In this document: positions 62,366-64,000 of the stretch, in pieces
How the letters are laid out: every line of letters begins with the position of its first letter
How positions within the stretch are numbered: position 1 is the stretch's first letter
Source: Euglena gracilis
Lineage: Eukaryota
Assembly: GCA_039621445.1 (NCBI GenBank)
Contig: CP154954.1
Span: 6,273,425-6,337,424 of the forward strand
DNA length: 64,000 nt
Reading direction: 5' to 3'
Translations under genes and position numbers: made by a program
Notes under the pieces: generated by a model
Databases searched by the model: none
The model's input: only the letters and a program-made list of their open reading frames with translations
Told to the model about the DNA's origin: nothing

Positions 62366-64000
62366 CTACGGCCCACCGTCAATTTTAAGTTCGGACATTA
62401 TGTCCATTTTCACTTTTTTCTCACGGCAATACTTCACAAACTCCCCACTGAACCTGTGAATAAAATTCCCAGCCGGTTCCCAGGTCTGCTCCCCGTCTTC
62501 ATATCCGACCCACTTTGTTTAAAACTCCCACTTTCCATCCTTTCCTTTCCGATGCCTTAGAATTTTCTCCACCTCCCACTCATCAGGTAATGCCTCTTCT
62601 TCTTTTTCGGTACGTTTATAATAAAAAAGAGGCACCCCTTTCCCTTCAACTTGGGGTTCCCGATACTCCTTCAAAAAACTCCTATGAGCTTTTGTCTCCA
62701 CCCCAGGTTTCATTTCGATTACATAACTTCGTTCCCCTTCTCTACCCTTCACGACCCCAGGTCCCACCCACCTAGAGTCAAGCTTCTCACCCGACCCTTC
62801 GGGTCTCCTACACCAAACCATCATCCCCACCTTTAGGGGTTCCATTTCTTTCCTCCCCTTATTTATCCTTGCCACCTCCTCCTCAATGCTTTTTGTTGAG
62901 TATCCTAGCCACCCTCCCATCAATGTCTTGCATCGTTCGGAAAAAATCTACCGAATCCTCACATTCTTTGGGTGGTTGGTAGGGTACCCCTGCTAATGGT
63001 CGTTCCCTTCCATGTAGAATTTCATATGGGCTGAACCCGCTTTCCCCCTTTACGTCGTGAATTCGGTCCACAGCTTGGGGTAAAGCTTCAACCCAATTAA
63101 TTTTTTCTTTCACGTACAAATTTCTCAACACCTCCATTACCTGTTGTCCGGCTCTCTCAATCCTCCCGTTTGCTTGGTGGTGGTATGCTTGGGAATATGC
63201 TTGCCTAATCCCCAAAAGTGCACACATGTTTTTCCACCAAGTTCTTGTGAAATGGCTCCCTTGGTCACTTGAGATGACCGAGGGAACCCCAAAAGGCCTC
63301 AACTGATGTTTCACCATTTCCTTAGCCAACTTGGCACCGGTTAATCCCTTGTCCTTGCATGCAACCCCCACAATCCATCCCGAATGCCTATCCACACAAA
63401 GGGCTAGGGTGTCATACTCCCCCCCATCGTGTAAAACCCTTGGCATTCGAAACAAATCGATGGCAACACTTATCATTAGTGCAGGGGGTATGGGTGTGGA
63501 CTCGATCGGTCCTTTCAAACTCTTCCCCCTCACACTCGCTTGGCATGTGAAACAATTTTTGCTGCACTTTTGGTTGAGTTGTTTTGCAGCCTTTTCATCA
63601 GCCCAAACAAAACGGATTGCATGTGTTTCCAACTTTTTCAGGGCCAACGTTCCCCAAAAACTCGTGAAGTTCCTGAATCACCAAGTGTTGAAAACTTTCA
63701 GGCACACACAACTTTTCTTCAAAAAGCAATTGGCCATTTAGCTCTTTGAAGCCCGTTGGCCAAATTGAATCGCCTTTGGTAGCTACCCATTTTTCTTTCC
63801 ATGTGGGGCATTGGGAATATGCTTCCCCCCCATACGGGCTTAATATCCTTAGGGGTCGTACTTGGCAGGGCGTCCCCCACTTCCATACGAGTGTCCCCCC
63901 TCGAACTTTCAGCCGTCTCCGGGACAGGGGTCGTCTCCCCCCCCCACTTTCTCATCCCAAAAATGAACTCGTTTCTTTTCTTTCCTGGGCCATTGTGAGT
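62366..64000 (-). mobile_element. Gypsy-B 3' part (integrase, chromodomain), copy 2; cut by window edge
   Basis: ORFs 62883..63647 and 62519..62923. Confidence 0.92.

Larger units (their letters stand above)
41621..64000. repeat. Copy 2 of the duplication (equivalent to 1-22374)
   Basis: Colinear throughout; differences are mostly homopolymer indels plus scattered substitutions. Confidence 0.98.

Overview
Repeat-dense, eukaryotic-looking DNA made almost entirely of nested, partly decayed retroelements, MITE-like inserts and tandem repeats. I see no recognisable host gene, rRNA, tRNA or CRISPR array. Positions 1-22374 recur almost identically at 41621-64000 (period about 41.62 kb). The unit holds two minus-strand Ty3/Gypsy chromodomain retrotransposons (here Gypsy-A and Gypsy-B) and two related CRE-like restriction-like-endonuclease (RLE) non-LTR retrotransposons (CRE-A, largely colinear; CRE-B, scrambled by inversions). 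Three of these elements carry DNA methyltransferase domains. Gypsy-B has a C5-cytosine MTase followed in the same frame by a Dam-like N6-adenine MTase, upstream of the protease. Gypsy-A has a Dam-like MTase between protease and RT. CRE-A has a Dam-like MTase in a polyprotein punctuated by four 2A/StopGo-like motifs; the last of these, and its counterpart in CRE-B, are each 16/18 identical to T2A. All copies have stops or frameshifts, some of which differ between the two duplicate copies and may be sequencing errors. Domain calls come from reading motifs by eye, not from database searches; element boundaries are approximate and no LTR pairs were located.
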